The notes under the pieces: model-generated
What the model was told of the DNA's origin: nothing
The model's database searches: none
Seen by the model: the letters and a program-made list of their open reading frames with translations, nothing else
Shown here: positions 54,620 through 64,000 of the stretch, in pieces
Position numbering within the stretch: position 1 is the first letter of the stretch
Layout: the number at the start of each line of letters is the position of its first letter
Program-made: the position numbers and the translations under genes
Source: a bacterium
Lineage (GTDB): Bacteria > Patescibacteriota > Minisyncoccia > Phycocordibacterales > Phycocordibacteraceae
NCBI GenBank assembly: GCA_021778295.1
Contig: JAJYCP010000001.1
Location: forward strand, 2,390 to 66,389
Length of the DNA: 64,000 nt
Direction: 5' to 3'

Positions 54620-56521
54620 TCATGTGAGCGCATCGATGATGTGCGCAAGCGAGGCGGTCGCGACACCGACCACTTTGTCCGCGCCGCCATAGTAGAGGAA
54701 AAGCTTATCGGCGCGCACCACCGCGCCGCAGGGAAACACGACATTCGCGACTTCGCCTTCTTTCTCGTATCGTTCAATCGGTTCAAAAATAGGGTCGGTG
54801 GTGCGTGCGAGGACAGACGTGCCGGCAGAGTCGAGGAGCGCCGCGCCGACGCGGTATATCCCGTGGCGCGATACGCCGTGGTAGAGCATGAGCCACTGAT
54901 CGCCGATTTTGATCGGCGGCGCGGCGCTCCCGACTTTCGCCCCGTCCCACATGCCGCGGCGCGGTCCGATAATCTCGATGCAACGGGAGACCCGTTTACC
55001 CGAAGCAAGATCGGGGAGCAGATCGGCACAAATTTGATTATTAATGCGGTGGTAGAGTAGATGATTCCCGCCTATTTTTTCCGGCAGGAGCGCAAGGTCC
55101 TTGTCATCGACGCCGTCAGGCGTCAGCAAGAAAGGCGTGCTCCATCGCTCAAAGCGCCGCGCGAGGAAGTCATCGACGCTGATTGAAGAAACCGCGCCGG
55201 AGGGCATATGCACGCCGTCATAGGCGGTGTAGGTCAGGTACAATAGGTCGTCGATGCGCACGATACGCGGATCTTCGCAACCGGAATTACCCGTCGGGCT
55301 GCCGCGTTTCTGTTCAAATTCAGCGCGCGGCACGTACACCGGCTCCGATAAACGCTCATCGATGGTGCTACCGTCTCTTGAAAGCGCGAGTCCGATGGTA
55401 GACGTGTTAGCCGCGTCCATTGCGCGGTAAAGGATGTACACCGTGCCGTTGATGTCGATACCGGCGGGATTGAAGACTGCACGGCTTTCAAAACCGTTCC
55501 CGCGCGGCTCGAGTACCGGACTTTCTTTCGTGCGGACGAACGTGCGCGCCGGTCCTTCGGGATCCAGGGCGCGCAAGAGGTCCGAAAGCTTGACACTCGC
55601 TTTCGCGCAGACCGTGTCTGCCGCGCCGTACCAGATATCAAGCCGATTCTCGTCGGCGAGTGTCGTGCTCGTAGGAAAGACGATGTCGGGCACGATGCCG
55701 TACCGTTCGTAGATTTCTTCCGGAACAAGCAGCGCCGCAGTACGCGAGATTATGTTTGATGGATTGTCCCGGTCGAGAAGCGCCGCCTCCACGGAAAAGA
55801 CGCGTTCGCCGCCGGAGAAATAATTTTCAATATAAGAGTAGAAAATGAGCCAGCCGCGTTCGGTCAGAATCGGCACGTTCCCGACCTCAACATGATCTTT
55901 CCCGCTACGCTTGAGGGAGAGTTTGTGCGATTGCCACGAAGCGTACCATGGCGCCCAAAAGTCCGGCGACCAAAAATCCTCAATAGCATCGGCGAGCGCA
56001 AGGCATATTTCCGCGGGCGGTTCATCGGTGTGAACGGACAAAAGCGCCGCGACCTTTCCGCCGACGCGCTCGGGGAAAATCGCGAATGCCTTCGCGTTGA
56101 ACGGAGTCGCGCAGTGCCGCTCCGTGAAATTCTTACCGTCCTTTGCGACGGCGATGCCGACTTTGATGTTGTCTTTCGAAAAAGGATAACCGCCGAGCGC
56201 GGTGTACGAGAGGTACCGCGCACCTTCAAAAACCGTGACACGAGGGTCTTCGCAACCGAAGGCTTCCCAAGGATGTTCGGGGACGAGTATCTGCCGTTGC
56301 GAATGGAAATGAAGGCCGTCTTCGGAGAATGCTTCGCCGATGGTCGATTGCCCGGCGTAGGGCGCGACGAGCGCCGCAGGGTTCGAAAGCGCGCGATAAT
56401 ACATGCGCCAGCCATTTTCTTCGCGGATGACCGAAGGATTAAAGGTTGCAAAGGCCTCCCAGGGGTGTTCGCGCTGCGGCGCGAGGATGGGATTACGCGG
56501 TTCTCGGCGGATGGTAAACAT
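54620..56521 (-). CDS. Tandem two-domain GH130-like glycosidase/phosphorylase
   Basis: Two FNP...GCEDPR...VFP...YGAAD/YGGAD propeller units. Confidence 0.88.
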   Translation of the reverse strand: MFTIRREPRNPILAPQREHPWEAFATFNPSVIREENGWRMYYRALSNPAALVAPYAGQSTIGEAFSEDGLHFHSQRQILVPEHPWEAFGCEDPRVTVFEGARYLSYTALGGYPFSKDNIKVGIAVAKDGKNFTERHCATPFNAKAFAIFPERVGGKVAALLSVHTDEPPAEICLALADAIEDFWSPDFWAPWYASWQSHKLSLKRSGKDHVEVGNVPILTERGWLIFYSYIENYFSGGERVFSVEAALLDRDNPSNIISRTAALLVPEEIYERYGIVPDIVFPTSTTLADENRLDIWYGAADTVCAKASVKLSDLLRALDPEGPARTFVRTKESPVLEPRGNGFESRAVFNPAGIDINGTVYILYRAMDAANTSTIGLALSRDGSTIDERLSEPVYVPRAEFEQKRGSPTGNSGCEDPRIVRIDDLLYLTYTAYDGVHMPSGAVSSISVDDFLARRFERWSTPFLLTPDGVDDKDLALLPEKIGGNHLLYHRINNQICADLLPDLASGKRVSRCIEIIGPRRGMWDGAKVGSAAPPIKIGDQWLMLYHGVSRHGIYRVGAALLDSAGTSVLARTTDPIFEPIERYEKEGEVANVVFPCGAVVRADKLFLYYGGADKVVGVATASLAHIIDALT

Positions 56522-56524
56522 AGA

Positions 56525-57682
56525 TCAGCTTGTCCGAGCGTCGTGCGACTCAAGCGACGGAGAACGACTTCCCTCAGTGAGCGTATCGAGGAAAGAATCA
56601 AGCGCCGCGGTTGCGACGCAGACAACCTTGTCCGCGCCGCCGTAGTAGACGAAGAGCGTGCCGTCGCGTATAACCGCGCCGCACGCGTACACGATGCCCG
56701 GCTTGCCGCGATTCTCGTACTGTTCGTCGGGTGAGAGAATCGGCGCGGCGGCGCGATGGATCACTCTCGTCGGATCATCGAGATCAAGCAGCAGCGCGCC
56801 GAGCTTGTAGCGCCCGGGATCGTGCTCATCGATCGCATGGTAGAAAAGCAGCCATCCGCGCTCGGTTTTGAGCGGCGGCGGACCAGCGCTCCTGATAAAA
56901 CTGTCCCACGTGTTTTCGCGGGCGGGGAGGCTGTCGCGCGCCCCGACCCAGCTCTCGATGAAAGGTTCCGCGCCACCAACCTCTTCAAGCGAATCGCGAT
57001 ATGCGATCTCTACTTCCGGCGCAATACTGTGAAGGATAGCGAACTTTCCGTGTATCTTTTCCGGGAAGAGCACCCAATTTTTCTGCCGTTCTCCGGGGCG
57101 CGACAGGATATACGGTCCGTCCCACGTTCCGAATCTATGTGCGGCGAAATCATCTTTCGCTATTGAAATCACGGCGACACGGATGAAATCCCATCCGTCG
57201 AACATATTGAATGTGATGTACACACGGTCCCCGATGACGACCGCGCGCGGATCCTCGCAACCACCCCAACTGCCGCCCGACGGATACAGGACGGGTGAAT
57301 ATCTGCGCTGACCTGAGAAGTTGCGCGGATTTTGCGCGACATAGGCGGGATAGGGGAGCCGCGTATCGAAGACGATACCCTTCGCACTGCTTGCATACCC
57401 GAGGCGCGAAACGCCGTCGGTGCCGATAGCGCGGTAGACAAGGTGCGTGCGATCGTCAAGAACGACCGCCGCCGGGTTCATAACCGCTTCGGCAGTCCAC
57501 GGGCTTCCTCCGGGGGCCAGGATGGGATTGTGCACCGACTTGTCGAGCAAGAGTCGCCGTAGCCGCAGGATCTCTATGATTTTTTTACGGAAGGGTTTTG
57601 AGAACGCGGCACCCAAAAGCGCTCCGATCACGAAGAAAGAAAAGAGCAGTGCGAGGATGTTCGCTAGAAAGGGCAAGCTCAT
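56525..57682 (-). CDS. GH130-like glycosidase with N-terminal TM anchor
   Basis: NPAA, GCEDPR, KNWVLFPEKI, YYGGAD. Confidence 0.86.
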   Translation of the reverse strand: MSLPFLANILALLFSFFVIGALLGAAFSKPFRKKIIEILRLRRLLLDKSVHNPILAPGGSPWTAEAVMNPAAVVLDDRTHLVYRAIGTDGVSRLGYASSAKGIVFDTRLPYPAYVAQNPRNFSGQRRYSPVLYPSGGSWGGCEDPRAVVIGDRVYITFNMFDGWDFIRVAVISIAKDDFAAHRFGTWDGPYILSRPGERQKNWVLFPEKIHGKFAILHSIAPEVEIAYRDSLEEVGGAEPFIESWVGARDSLPARENTWDSFIRSAGPPPLKTERGWLLFYHAIDEHDPGRYKLGALLLDLDDPTRVIHRAAAPILSPDEQYENRGKPGIVYACGAVIRDGTLFVYYGGADKVVCVATAALDSFLDTLTEGSRSPSLESHDARTS

Positions 57683-57763
57683 GAGTAAGAGATGAACTTC
57701 TTTACAATAGCATCCCACTGACGAAAGTTATGGTGCGGAATGCACATGTGGTATAATCGCCGC

Positions 57764-58138
57764 ATGTTGGTCAATGTCTGCATCGGGAAATTGCATCGGG
57801 CGACGGTCACCGATGCCGACCTGAACTACGTCGGCTCCATCACCATAGATGAAACATTGCTTGAAGCGGCCGGGCTTGTGCCGGGGCAGATGGTGCAGAT
57901 CACGAACGTCTCAAACGCCGCTTTGTGGCGCACGTATATCGTGAAAGGAGAGAGGGGGAAGGGAGAGATCATCCTGAACGGCCCGCCCGCCCGCCTTTTC
58001 CAAAAGGGCGACAAAGTCATCATCCTCGGCGAAGCGTGGGTTCCCGCGGCGGATGCTGCACAAATGAGCCCGACAGTCGTTTTTATGGACGATCAGAACA
58101 ACATTACCGAGGTGAAAAAGGGCTGGCGGCCGCAGTAG
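57764..58138 (+). CDS. panD: Aspartate 1-decarboxylase
   Basis: KLHRATVT.ADLNYVG-SITID self-cleavage site, TY, LNG. Confidence 0.92.
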   Translation: MLVNVCIGKLHRATVTDADLNYVGSITIDETLLEAAGLVPGQMVQITNVSNAALWRTYIVKGERGKGEIILNGPPARLFQKGDKVIILGEAWVPAADAAQMSPTVVFMDDQNNITEVKKGWRPQ

Positions 58139-58231
58139 TTGCGCAAGTCACAGTAAAGCGTATTCTCCAGCGAGAAGCCCTTTCATAGCAAAAGGTTCGT
58201 AACTTTCCCAGACCAGAGGAGTATACGCAAC

Positions 58232-59209
58232 ATGAAAACCCGCACACTCGACCAGATTTATGCAGATCCGATTTTCCAGGCCCTGAATCCCGAAGGGAAG
58301 CAGTTCATGGGGGTGCGTTGGCTGCCGCCGAGACTGAATGCATTTGCGTCGCACGGTATTGAAGTCGCCGCCCTGATTCCGTTTGGAGCGTTCCCGCACA
58401 TCAAGACCGTTGCCGCGGTGGGGATGATGCTCGAGGATTTCAAGAATGGACTCTATCGGGACAAGGAGACCATCGTAGTCGATTCAAGCGGCAATACCGC
58501 TCACGCGGTTGCGCGTCTCGCCCATGCGTTTGGTTTCAAGGAGGTCAAGGTGGTGTTGTCCGTGGATGTTCCCGAGAGCAAGAAAGGAATTCTTGCCGCG
58601 CTCTCGTCCGTCGAGCTCATTGAAGTGGGCGGTGGCAAGAGCGTTGCGCGGCGAGCGGAAGAGGAGGCCCACAAACCCGGGCACTACCACCTCAACCAGT
58701 ACAGTCACTTGGGCAACATGCGGGCGCATGAACTCTATACCGGGCCCGAAATTCTGCGTGTGCTCGGTGATGATATTGCCGTTGTCGCCCTTGCGATGGG
58801 TTCGGGAGGCACCGCCGCCGGTGTCGGCCGGTTTCTGAAACAAGCGCATCCGGAAACAACGGTAGTGGGCGTTCGTCCCGTTCTCGGCGAGCAGGTGCCG
58901 GGAGCGCGCGATCGTAAAAGGATGGAGGACATCGTTACCATCCCCTGGGAAGCATCGGTTGATGACGTTGCTGAAGCCAGCCGAAAAGAGTCTTTTATCG
59001 GAATGCGGCAACTGTGGGGTGCGATCGAACCTCAGCCAGGCCCGACTTCAGGCCTTGCATGGGCCGGTCTCAAACGCTACCTCGAAAGTCTCGAGCCGGA
59101 AATGCTCGGGAAACTCAAAGGGAAACGTGTGGCATTCATGTGCCCCGACGACGGCCGTTTCTACTCGGAGCGGACGACCGGCGAACTCGATACCGGGCAG
59201 GGCATATAA
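58232..59209 (+). CDS. PLP-dependent cysteine-synthase-like enzyme (fold type II)
   Basis: HIK (PLP Lys), SSGNT, NQY, TGPEI, MGSGGT, PDDGRFY. Confidence 0.82.
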   Translation: MKTRTLDQIYADPIFQALNPEGKQFMGVRWLPPRLNAFASHGIEVAALIPFGAFPHIKTVAAVGMMLEDFKNGLYRDKETIVVDSSGNTAHAVARLAHAFGFKEVKVVLSVDVPESKKGILAALSSVELIEVGGGKSVARRAEEEAHKPGHYHLNQYSHLGNMRAHELYTGPEILRVLGDDIAVVALAMGSGGTAAGVGRFLKQAHPETTVVGVRPVLGEQVPGARDRKRMEDIVTIPWEASVDDVAEASRKESFIGMRQLWGAIEPQPGPTSGLAWAGLKRYLESLEPEMLGKLKGKRVAFMCPDDGRFYSERTTGELDTGQGI

Positions 59210-59219
59210 TCGCACCGAT

Positions 59220-59423
59220 GTTTTTTACTGGAATCGGCCAGAATGCCCCGACTGCTTTGCAGCGGGGATGAATGGCCGAAATAGAATTGTGTGCGGCGGA
59301 GGCCGCACATTGTCCAGCAAAACACCCTGGTAGCCGCCCGCCCAATGCCCCGTCAGCTTCGCTGCGGGGATGGGACGGGCGGCGTGTTTTACGGAATCCA
59401 GCCGCGTGCGGCTGGATTTTTTT
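59220..59423 (+). other. Highly structured intergenic element (candidate ncRNA or non-autonomous IS200/IS605-like relic)
   Basis: Two related AATGCCCCG...CGGGGATG hairpins, two inner hairpins, terminal terminator; partial copy at 34148. Confidence 0.55.
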
Positions 59424-59472
59424 GCACAGTATCGAAATTCGGAGCGCAGAGTGCTACCATGCATACATCCGT

Positions 59473-59967
59473 ATGAAAATCTCCGCGCTCTATGTGCGCA
59501 CCATCGTTTTCGGCATCACTGACAGTCTCGTTTCCACCGTAGGGCTTCTCGCGGGCATTGATGTCGCGGGAGCGCCGCACAGGGTCCTCGCGCTCACCGG
59601 CATCGTGTACGCTTTTGTCGAAGCGTTCTCGATGGCGGTCGGCAATTTCCTTTCGGAGGAGTCGGCGGAAGAGTATGAGAAGAGAGCGGAGGTAAGCGAC
59701 GGCCTTCCCCTTCTTGCCGGCGGTGTCATGTTCGTCTCTTTCGTGCTCGCGGCTTTCATCCCGCTTGCCCCGTACTTCTTCCTCTCGACATGGACCGCTC
59801 TTGCCGTATCAATCGCTATCTCCGTTCTGACCCTCTTTTTAATGGGGATACTGAGCGCCAAGCTCGCGCATCTTCCGCTGTTGCGGCGCGGTGCCCGCAT
59901 GGCGCTTCTGGGCGGCTCCGCGATAGCTATCGGTGTACTCATCGGCGCGCTCGTCCCGATCGCGTAA
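59473..59967 (+). CDS. VIT1/CCC1-family transporter
   Basis: VFGITDSLVST.G, AFSMAVGNFLS, IPLAPY. Confidence 0.88.
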   Translation: MKISALYVRTIVFGITDSLVSTVGLLAGIDVAGAPHRVLALTGIVYAFVEAFSMAVGNFLSEESAEEYEKRAEVSDGLPLLAGGVMFVSFVLAAFIPLAPYFFLSTWTALAVSIAISVLTLFLMGILSAKLAHLPLLRRGARMALLGGSAIAIGVLIGALVPIA

Positions 59968-59971
59968 AGTA

Positions 59972-60000
59972 TTGACAACAAACCAGTGGTGTGCTAGTAT
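59972..60000 (+). promoter_or_regulatory. Sigma-70 promoter TTGACA-N17-TAGTAT
   Basis: Near-consensus boxes upstream of 60046. Confidence 0.7.
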
Positions 60001-60045
60001 CTCAAATAACGAGGCAGTTGCTTACTGTTTCGATAAAACAAATCA

Positions 60046-60597
60046 ATGCCTATTCTTGGAGCCCTTATGGGGTTTTTCTTTTTTCCCGGCGTGAGCGTGC
60101 CGGTGCCGGTCGCTACGCCTGTACCACCTGTGGCAGTGCAAACGTACGGAGTAACGCTCACCGCCTATAATGCCGTACCGGCGCAGACCGACAGCGACCC
60201 ATTTGTGACCGCCTCAGGCGCCTATTCAAATCCGGAGGTCGTGGCGGCGCGCTCGCGCGACCTCGCAAAAGAACTCCCGTTCGGCACCATCATCGAGATA
60301 CGAGGTCCCGCTTCGCCGGAGCACTCCTGCGGGTACGGCATCGTGGCGCCGATCATCGGCTACCGCGTCATCGCGGATACGATGAACGCGCGGTACACCG
60401 ACCGCATCGACATTCTCTTTAGTACGAAATCCGATTACGCTCTGGCAGACGGCAGTGTGAAAAATGCCGCACCGGTGCTCGGCGTGTGCGGCGGAGCGAG
60501 TATCCGCGTCGTCGGGCATGTAGACATACGCGATATCCCAAAAACGCAAGCCGGGCTCGCGGCCATCGCTCTAGGCAACACGTTCGCGCTCAAATAA
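60046..60597 (+). CDS. 3D-domain protein
   Basis: TAYN...QTD..P..TASG, LPFGT, DTM, RIDI. Confidence 0.82.
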   Translation: MPILGALMGFFFFPGVSVPVPVATPVPPVAVQTYGVTLTAYNAVPAQTDSDPFVTASGAYSNPEVVAARSRDLAKELPFGTIIEIRGPASPEHSCGYGIVAPIIGYRVIADTMNARYTDRIDILFSTKSDYALADGSVKNAAPVLGVCGGASIRVVGHVDIRDIPKTQAGLAAIALGNTFALK

Positions 60598-60629
60598 GGG
60601 GACGGCACAGCGGTTGCCAATCCGTCGTT

Positions 60630-60692
60630 CTACCTGATCGGCGTCCAATCATCCGCCACAGCCTTGTTAAACAACGCCACACTGACGGTATA
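60630..60692 (-). pseudogene. 3' relic of a GT2 paralogue
   Basis: Encodes YTVSVALFNKAVADDWTPIR-stop, 16/20 identical to the C-terminus of 61372-62094. Confidence 0.75.
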
Positions 60693-60756
60693 GTTATCGG
60701 TCTGATAGTTGATTAGTACAACAGTGTCCTTTGATATACTAATGAATACGTTATCC

Positions 60757-61341
60757 ATGGCTTTCTTTGCCGCATTCATTGCGTTTCTCGAGGGTTCGAA
60801 ATATATTCTCATATTTTTTGGCTCTTTCTTCGAAGGCTCGGCGGTCATGATGGCCACCGGCCTTCTCTGGCATATCGGCGTTGTCGGATTCTGGCCCGCG
60901 TATCTCGCTCTTATGGCGGGCGACATTCTCTCGGATATCATGTGGTACGTTATCGGATATTTCGCCGCCCGCCCGTTTTTTTCTCGCTGGGGGTACCTTA
61001 TCAACGCTACGCCCGAAGTCATCGGGAAGATAGAACGCCGTTTCCATCGCTACCACACGCGGATCCTGGTCATTTCGAAGCTCACGATGGGGCTCGGGCT
61101 TGCGGCAGTCATCTTGACCGTTGCCGGCATGTTACGCGTGTCCTTCGTGCGGTATGTCACAATCAACGTGCTCGGGGGCATCATCTGGATTCTTTTCCTC
61201 ATGGGTATCGGTTACTACTTCGGCAACCTGCTGCAGTATGTGCCGAAAGATTTTCAGATCGCCATCGCCATCGCCATGCCGTTCGCTTTCTTCTTCGCGC
61301 TGAAGACGATCAATAAGAAGCTTGCGACGCTCGATTGGTAA
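60757..61341 (+). CDS. DedA-family membrane protein
   Basis: FFEG, GDILSD..WY.IG, AGMLRVSF.RY...N; alternative start 60742. Confidence 0.88.
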   Translation: MAFFAAFIAFLEGSKYILIFFGSFFEGSAVMMATGLLWHIGVVGFWPAYLALMAGDILSDIMWYVIGYFAARPFFSRWGYLINATPEVIGKIERRFHRYHTRILVISKLTMGLGLAAVILTVAGMLRVSFVRYVTINVLGGIIWILFLMGIGYYFGNLLQYVPKDFQIAIAIAMPFAFFFALKTINKKLATLDW

Positions 61342-61371
61342 AGAGTACACTCGTTGAAAACAATTCCACAC

Positions 61372-62094
61372 ATGCTGCTCTCCATCATCATCCCCACCCG
61401 CGAAGAAGAGAAAACTATCGCCGAGACCCTGCGCGAGCTGCGCGATGCGCTCCAGATACCGCACGAGGTCGTCGTCTCGGATGCTCGGAGCAAAGACCGT
61501 ACGGCCGAGATCGCGCGACAACACGCTCATGTAGTCGTCGTTTTTGAGGGCGGAAAGCACACCGCCGGCATTGGCAGAAACGACGGCGCGAAGGCGGCGC
61601 ATGGCGACTTTCTCGCTTTCATCGATGCCGATACGCGTATTCCGGATCCGAACGTTTTTTTCGAACGGGCGCTTGCACACTTTGAAAAAGATTCCGGTCT
61701 CGTCGGTGTGACCGGGCCGCAGTACGCCTTGCCGTCGGTCGAGACCTGGGCCGATCGCGCCTCTTTCGGCTTCTTGAACGCGCTTTTGCGTTTTCAGAAC
61801 AACATCCTCGGGAAAGGGGAGGCGTCAGGAAAGTTTATGCTCGTGCGCCGTGCCGCCTTCGAAAAAATCGGCGGTTTCCGCGAGGATCTCGTCACGCGCG
61901 AGGATGGCGATTTTTTCTATCGGCTCTCGAGGGTCGGCCGCACGTATTTCGACCCGAAGCTCAAGGTCTATCATGGCGCTCGCCGCGCGCACCGCATCGG
62001 CTGGGCACGGTTGTGGTTCATCTGGACCATAAACACGGCCAGCGTCGCGCTCTTCAACAAGACCATCGCCGACGACTGGACACCGATCCGCTGA
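61372..62094 (+). CDS. Glycosyltransferase family 2
   Basis: SIIIP, RNDGA, FIDAD, GGF...ED. Confidence 0.9.
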   Translation: MLLSIIIPTREEEKTIAETLRELRDALQIPHEVVVSDARSKDRTAEIARQHAHVVVVFEGGKHTAGIGRNDGAKAAHGDFLAFIDADTRIPDPNVFFERALAHFEKDSGLVGVTGPQYALPSVETWADRASFGFLNALLRFQNNILGKGEASGKFMLVRRAAFEKIGGFREDLVTREDGDFFYRLSRVGRTYFDPKLKVYHGARRAHRIGWARLWFIWTINTASVALFNKTIADDWTPIR

Positions 62095-62129
62095 TGCGCG
62101 CTCTGCAGCGAGCCCCCGGGAAGTAAAAC

Positions 62130-62157
62130 TTGACTTGTCTAGTATATATGATATACT
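62130..62157 (+). promoter_or_regulatory. Sigma-70 promoter TTGACT-N16-TATACT
   Basis: Extended TG; upstream of 62279. Confidence 0.55.
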
Positions 62158-62278
62158 AGTTTTCAGGTATATGCGGGTTCTTTGTATGTGCCATGCGTAC
62201 CGTATTCACAGAGAGAACAGTATCTAGCTTAGGTAATACGCGCTCATTCATCGGTTCAACCAACGAAGGAGGCATGTC

Positions 62279-62881
62279 GTGGACTGGAAAACGTTCTGGA
62301 CGATTCTCGTTGTCGGGGTTGGGCTCGTCGTCGTGCAGGGACTCTCCGCGCACTTCGACAATCGCTTTTCCCGAAGGGAGCTCGACAAAGCAGGGATCAC
62401 CAATAGCTGGTCGTTCCTGCAACACGGCGGCATGTGGGCGGATGTGTTCATCATCTCGCCTATCGTCGCCTACGCGCTCAGCAAGTACCAGCTCGATATT
62501 TACTCATGGTGGGGCATCGGTACGTTCATCGTCAGCATCGTGCTCACGCTCGCCATGATCGAATTCTACCGGCGCAGGGGCATCGCAATGGGCGACCATT
62601 GCACGCACGACGGCAAAACGACATTCGCCGGGTGGATTCACGGGCTGTATGCACTCGCGGCGATCTGGGTGTGTCTCGAAATCTATCTCGAGCTCATAGC
62701 TCCGGTTGTTTCGAAGCAGGACATCGTAATCTTCTCGCTCTTGCTGACGCCGTTCTTCTATCTCGGCGTCGCGAAGTTCAGCGAACGGTGGGTCTTCAGC
62801 GCGCAAGACAAGTGGCAAGTCGTCGCATTGACTATCGGTGTTTGGGCTATCGCCGTCATTCGGCTCGTGCGAGCAATGTAG
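62279..62881 (+). CDS. Multi-pass membrane hypothetical protein
   Basis: AAGGAGG SD before GTG; about six TM; several His. Confidence 0.7.
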   Translation: MDWKTFWTILVVGVGLVVVQGLSAHFDNRFSRRELDKAGITNSWSFLQHGGMWADVFIISPIVAYALSKYQLDIYSWWGIGTFIVSIVLTLAMIEFYRRRGIAMGDHCTHDGKTTFAGWIHGLYALAAIWVCLEIYLELIAPVVSKQDIVIFSLLLTPFFYLGVAKFSERWVFSAQDKWQVVALTIGVWAIAVIRLVRAM

Positions 62882-62929
62882 TGTTCAGCACACAACATCA
62901 GCATGCTGGCGGCAAAGTTTCAAAGAGCT

Positions 62930-62962
62930 CGGGCTCGCACTTCGGTGCGGGCCCGTTTTTTT
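62930..62962 (+). terminator. Intrinsic terminator with cUUCGg loop
   Basis: CGGGCTCGCAC-TTCG-GTGCGGGCCCG-TTTTTTT. Confidence 0.85.
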
Positions 62963-63114
62963 GAAAAATAATTTTGTTTTTGATTCGAGCAAACTGGCTT
63001 TTCCACACATGAGCAGTGACCTGACCACGAAAATTAAATACAAATTAGCCGCGCAGGCATCACGCGCGCGGCCTCCTTTCTTTATTTGCATTTTGTGCGA
63101 TTATAGACTCGTCT

Positions 63115-63873
63115 ATGCGCATCAGTATCGTTATTCCGGCTTATAACGAGGAACAGCGATTACCCGCGTGCCTTCGGGCGGTTGAGTATGAACTACATCG
63201 CACGCCATGTGACGCCGAAGTCATCGTCGTCAACAACGCAAGTACCGACCATACGGGCGAAGTAGCGCGAAGTTACTCGTGGGTGCGTGTGGTCGACGAG
63301 CCGAGGAAAGGGCTCGTGCGCGCCCGAGCTGCAGGGCTCGCAGCGGCCACCGGCGAGCTCATTGCGAACGTCGATTCCGATACGATGCTGCCGGAGGGCT
63401 GGCTCGCCACCGTGCTTGCAGAGTTTGCGCGAGATGAAAAGCTTGCGGCGCTCAGCGGGCCGTTCATTTATTACGATTTGCCGCTGTTTCAGCGCTCGCT
63501 CGTGCGAGTTTTCTATTTCTTCGGATATCTGTCGCATCTCGTAAACCAGTATGTATTCCGTACAGGCGCGATGCTACAGGGCGGGAACTTTATCGTGCGC
63601 AGGACGTACCTCGAACGCGCCGGCGGATTTGATACTTCAATTGAGTTTTATGGCGAGGATACCGATGTGGCGCGGCGCATCAGCAAGGTGGGGAAGGTGA
63701 AATGGACATTCCGGCTCCCGATGTACGCTTCCGGCCGGCGTCTCGCAAAGGAAGGCATCGTCACGATGGGCGCGCGCTATGCGGCAAATTATCTTCATAC
63801 GCTCGTGCGCGGCAAGCCGCTCACCGTGGCCTACACCGATATCCGTGATACCATCATCGCACAGAAAGATTAG
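63115..63873 (+). CDS. Glycosyltransferase family 2
   Basis: SIVIPAYNEE, NNASTD, VDSD, GGFD...GED. Confidence 0.92.
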   Translation: MRISIVIPAYNEEQRLPACLRAVEYELHRTPCDAEVIVVNNASTDHTGEVARSYSWVRVVDEPRKGLVRARAAGLAAATGELIANVDSDTMLPEGWLATVLAEFARDEKLAALSGPFIYYDLPLFQRSLVRVFYFFGYLSHLVNQYVFRTGAMLQGGNFIVRRTYLERAGGFDTSIEFYGEDTDVARRISKVGKVKWTFRLPMYASGRRLAKEGIVTMGARYAANYLHTLVRGKPLTVAYTDIRDTIIAQKD

Positions 63874-63913
63874 TGTTCGCAGAGCGCTACATTACTCATT
63901 ACATATTAAAAAC

Positions 63914-64000
63914 ATGAAAGGGTTTTTAACGAACATTGAACAAGCGACGAAAGAAAATGCCGATTATCGGCGTGTCCTCTATACCGCAAGACATAGCCAA
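63914..64000 (+). CDS. Cupin-domain protein (5' part only)
   Basis: MKGFLTNIEQATKENADYRRVLYTARHSQ resembles the N-terminus of a common cupin family. Confidence 0.65.
   Translation, partial: MKGFLTNIEQATKENADYRRVLYTARHSQ

Noticed and set aside
54586..55029. N-terminal extension of the HAD ORF in the ORF track
   Set aside because: Overlaps the GH130 gene in another frame; the true start is ATG 54585

Overview
A 64-kb, gene-dense, GC-rich bacterial segment using the standard code. Gene content and style suggest Patescibacteria/CPR, probably Parcubacteria; this is an inference. It carries housekeeping genes (gyrB 3' end, thrS, dnaE, rnhB, rpmF, nusB, rnc, smc, rnr, rpsP, khpA, trmD, rpoB-rpoC-dnaG-rpoD, hisS, prmC) and two helicases. 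Accessory genes include a sortase with an IPYTG surface protein, a MacAB-type transporter, a GH130/PMM-like/P-type ATPase cluster, panD, a cysteine-synthase-like enzyme, DedA and two GT2 genes. I found no rRNA, tRNA, CRISPR array or intact transposase. The most striking items are five. (1) A self-contained three-gene operon (38596-40561) encodes a CsgG/HfaB-family lipoprotein between an HfaA-like secreted protein and a three-repeat amyloid-like protein, a candidate holdfast-anchor or functional-amyloid system in a lineage thought to lack an outer membrane. (2) A family of palindromic elements shares a TTTT(C/G)TGCT(G/C)AAAA core, and one copy is inserted in frame in prmC. (3) SMC is only 735 aa and has no hinge. 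(4) NusB is fused to a Nudix domain. (5) There are two more repeat families, and many core genes have leaderless-type promoters. All family assignments come from motif recognition only; no database searches were run.
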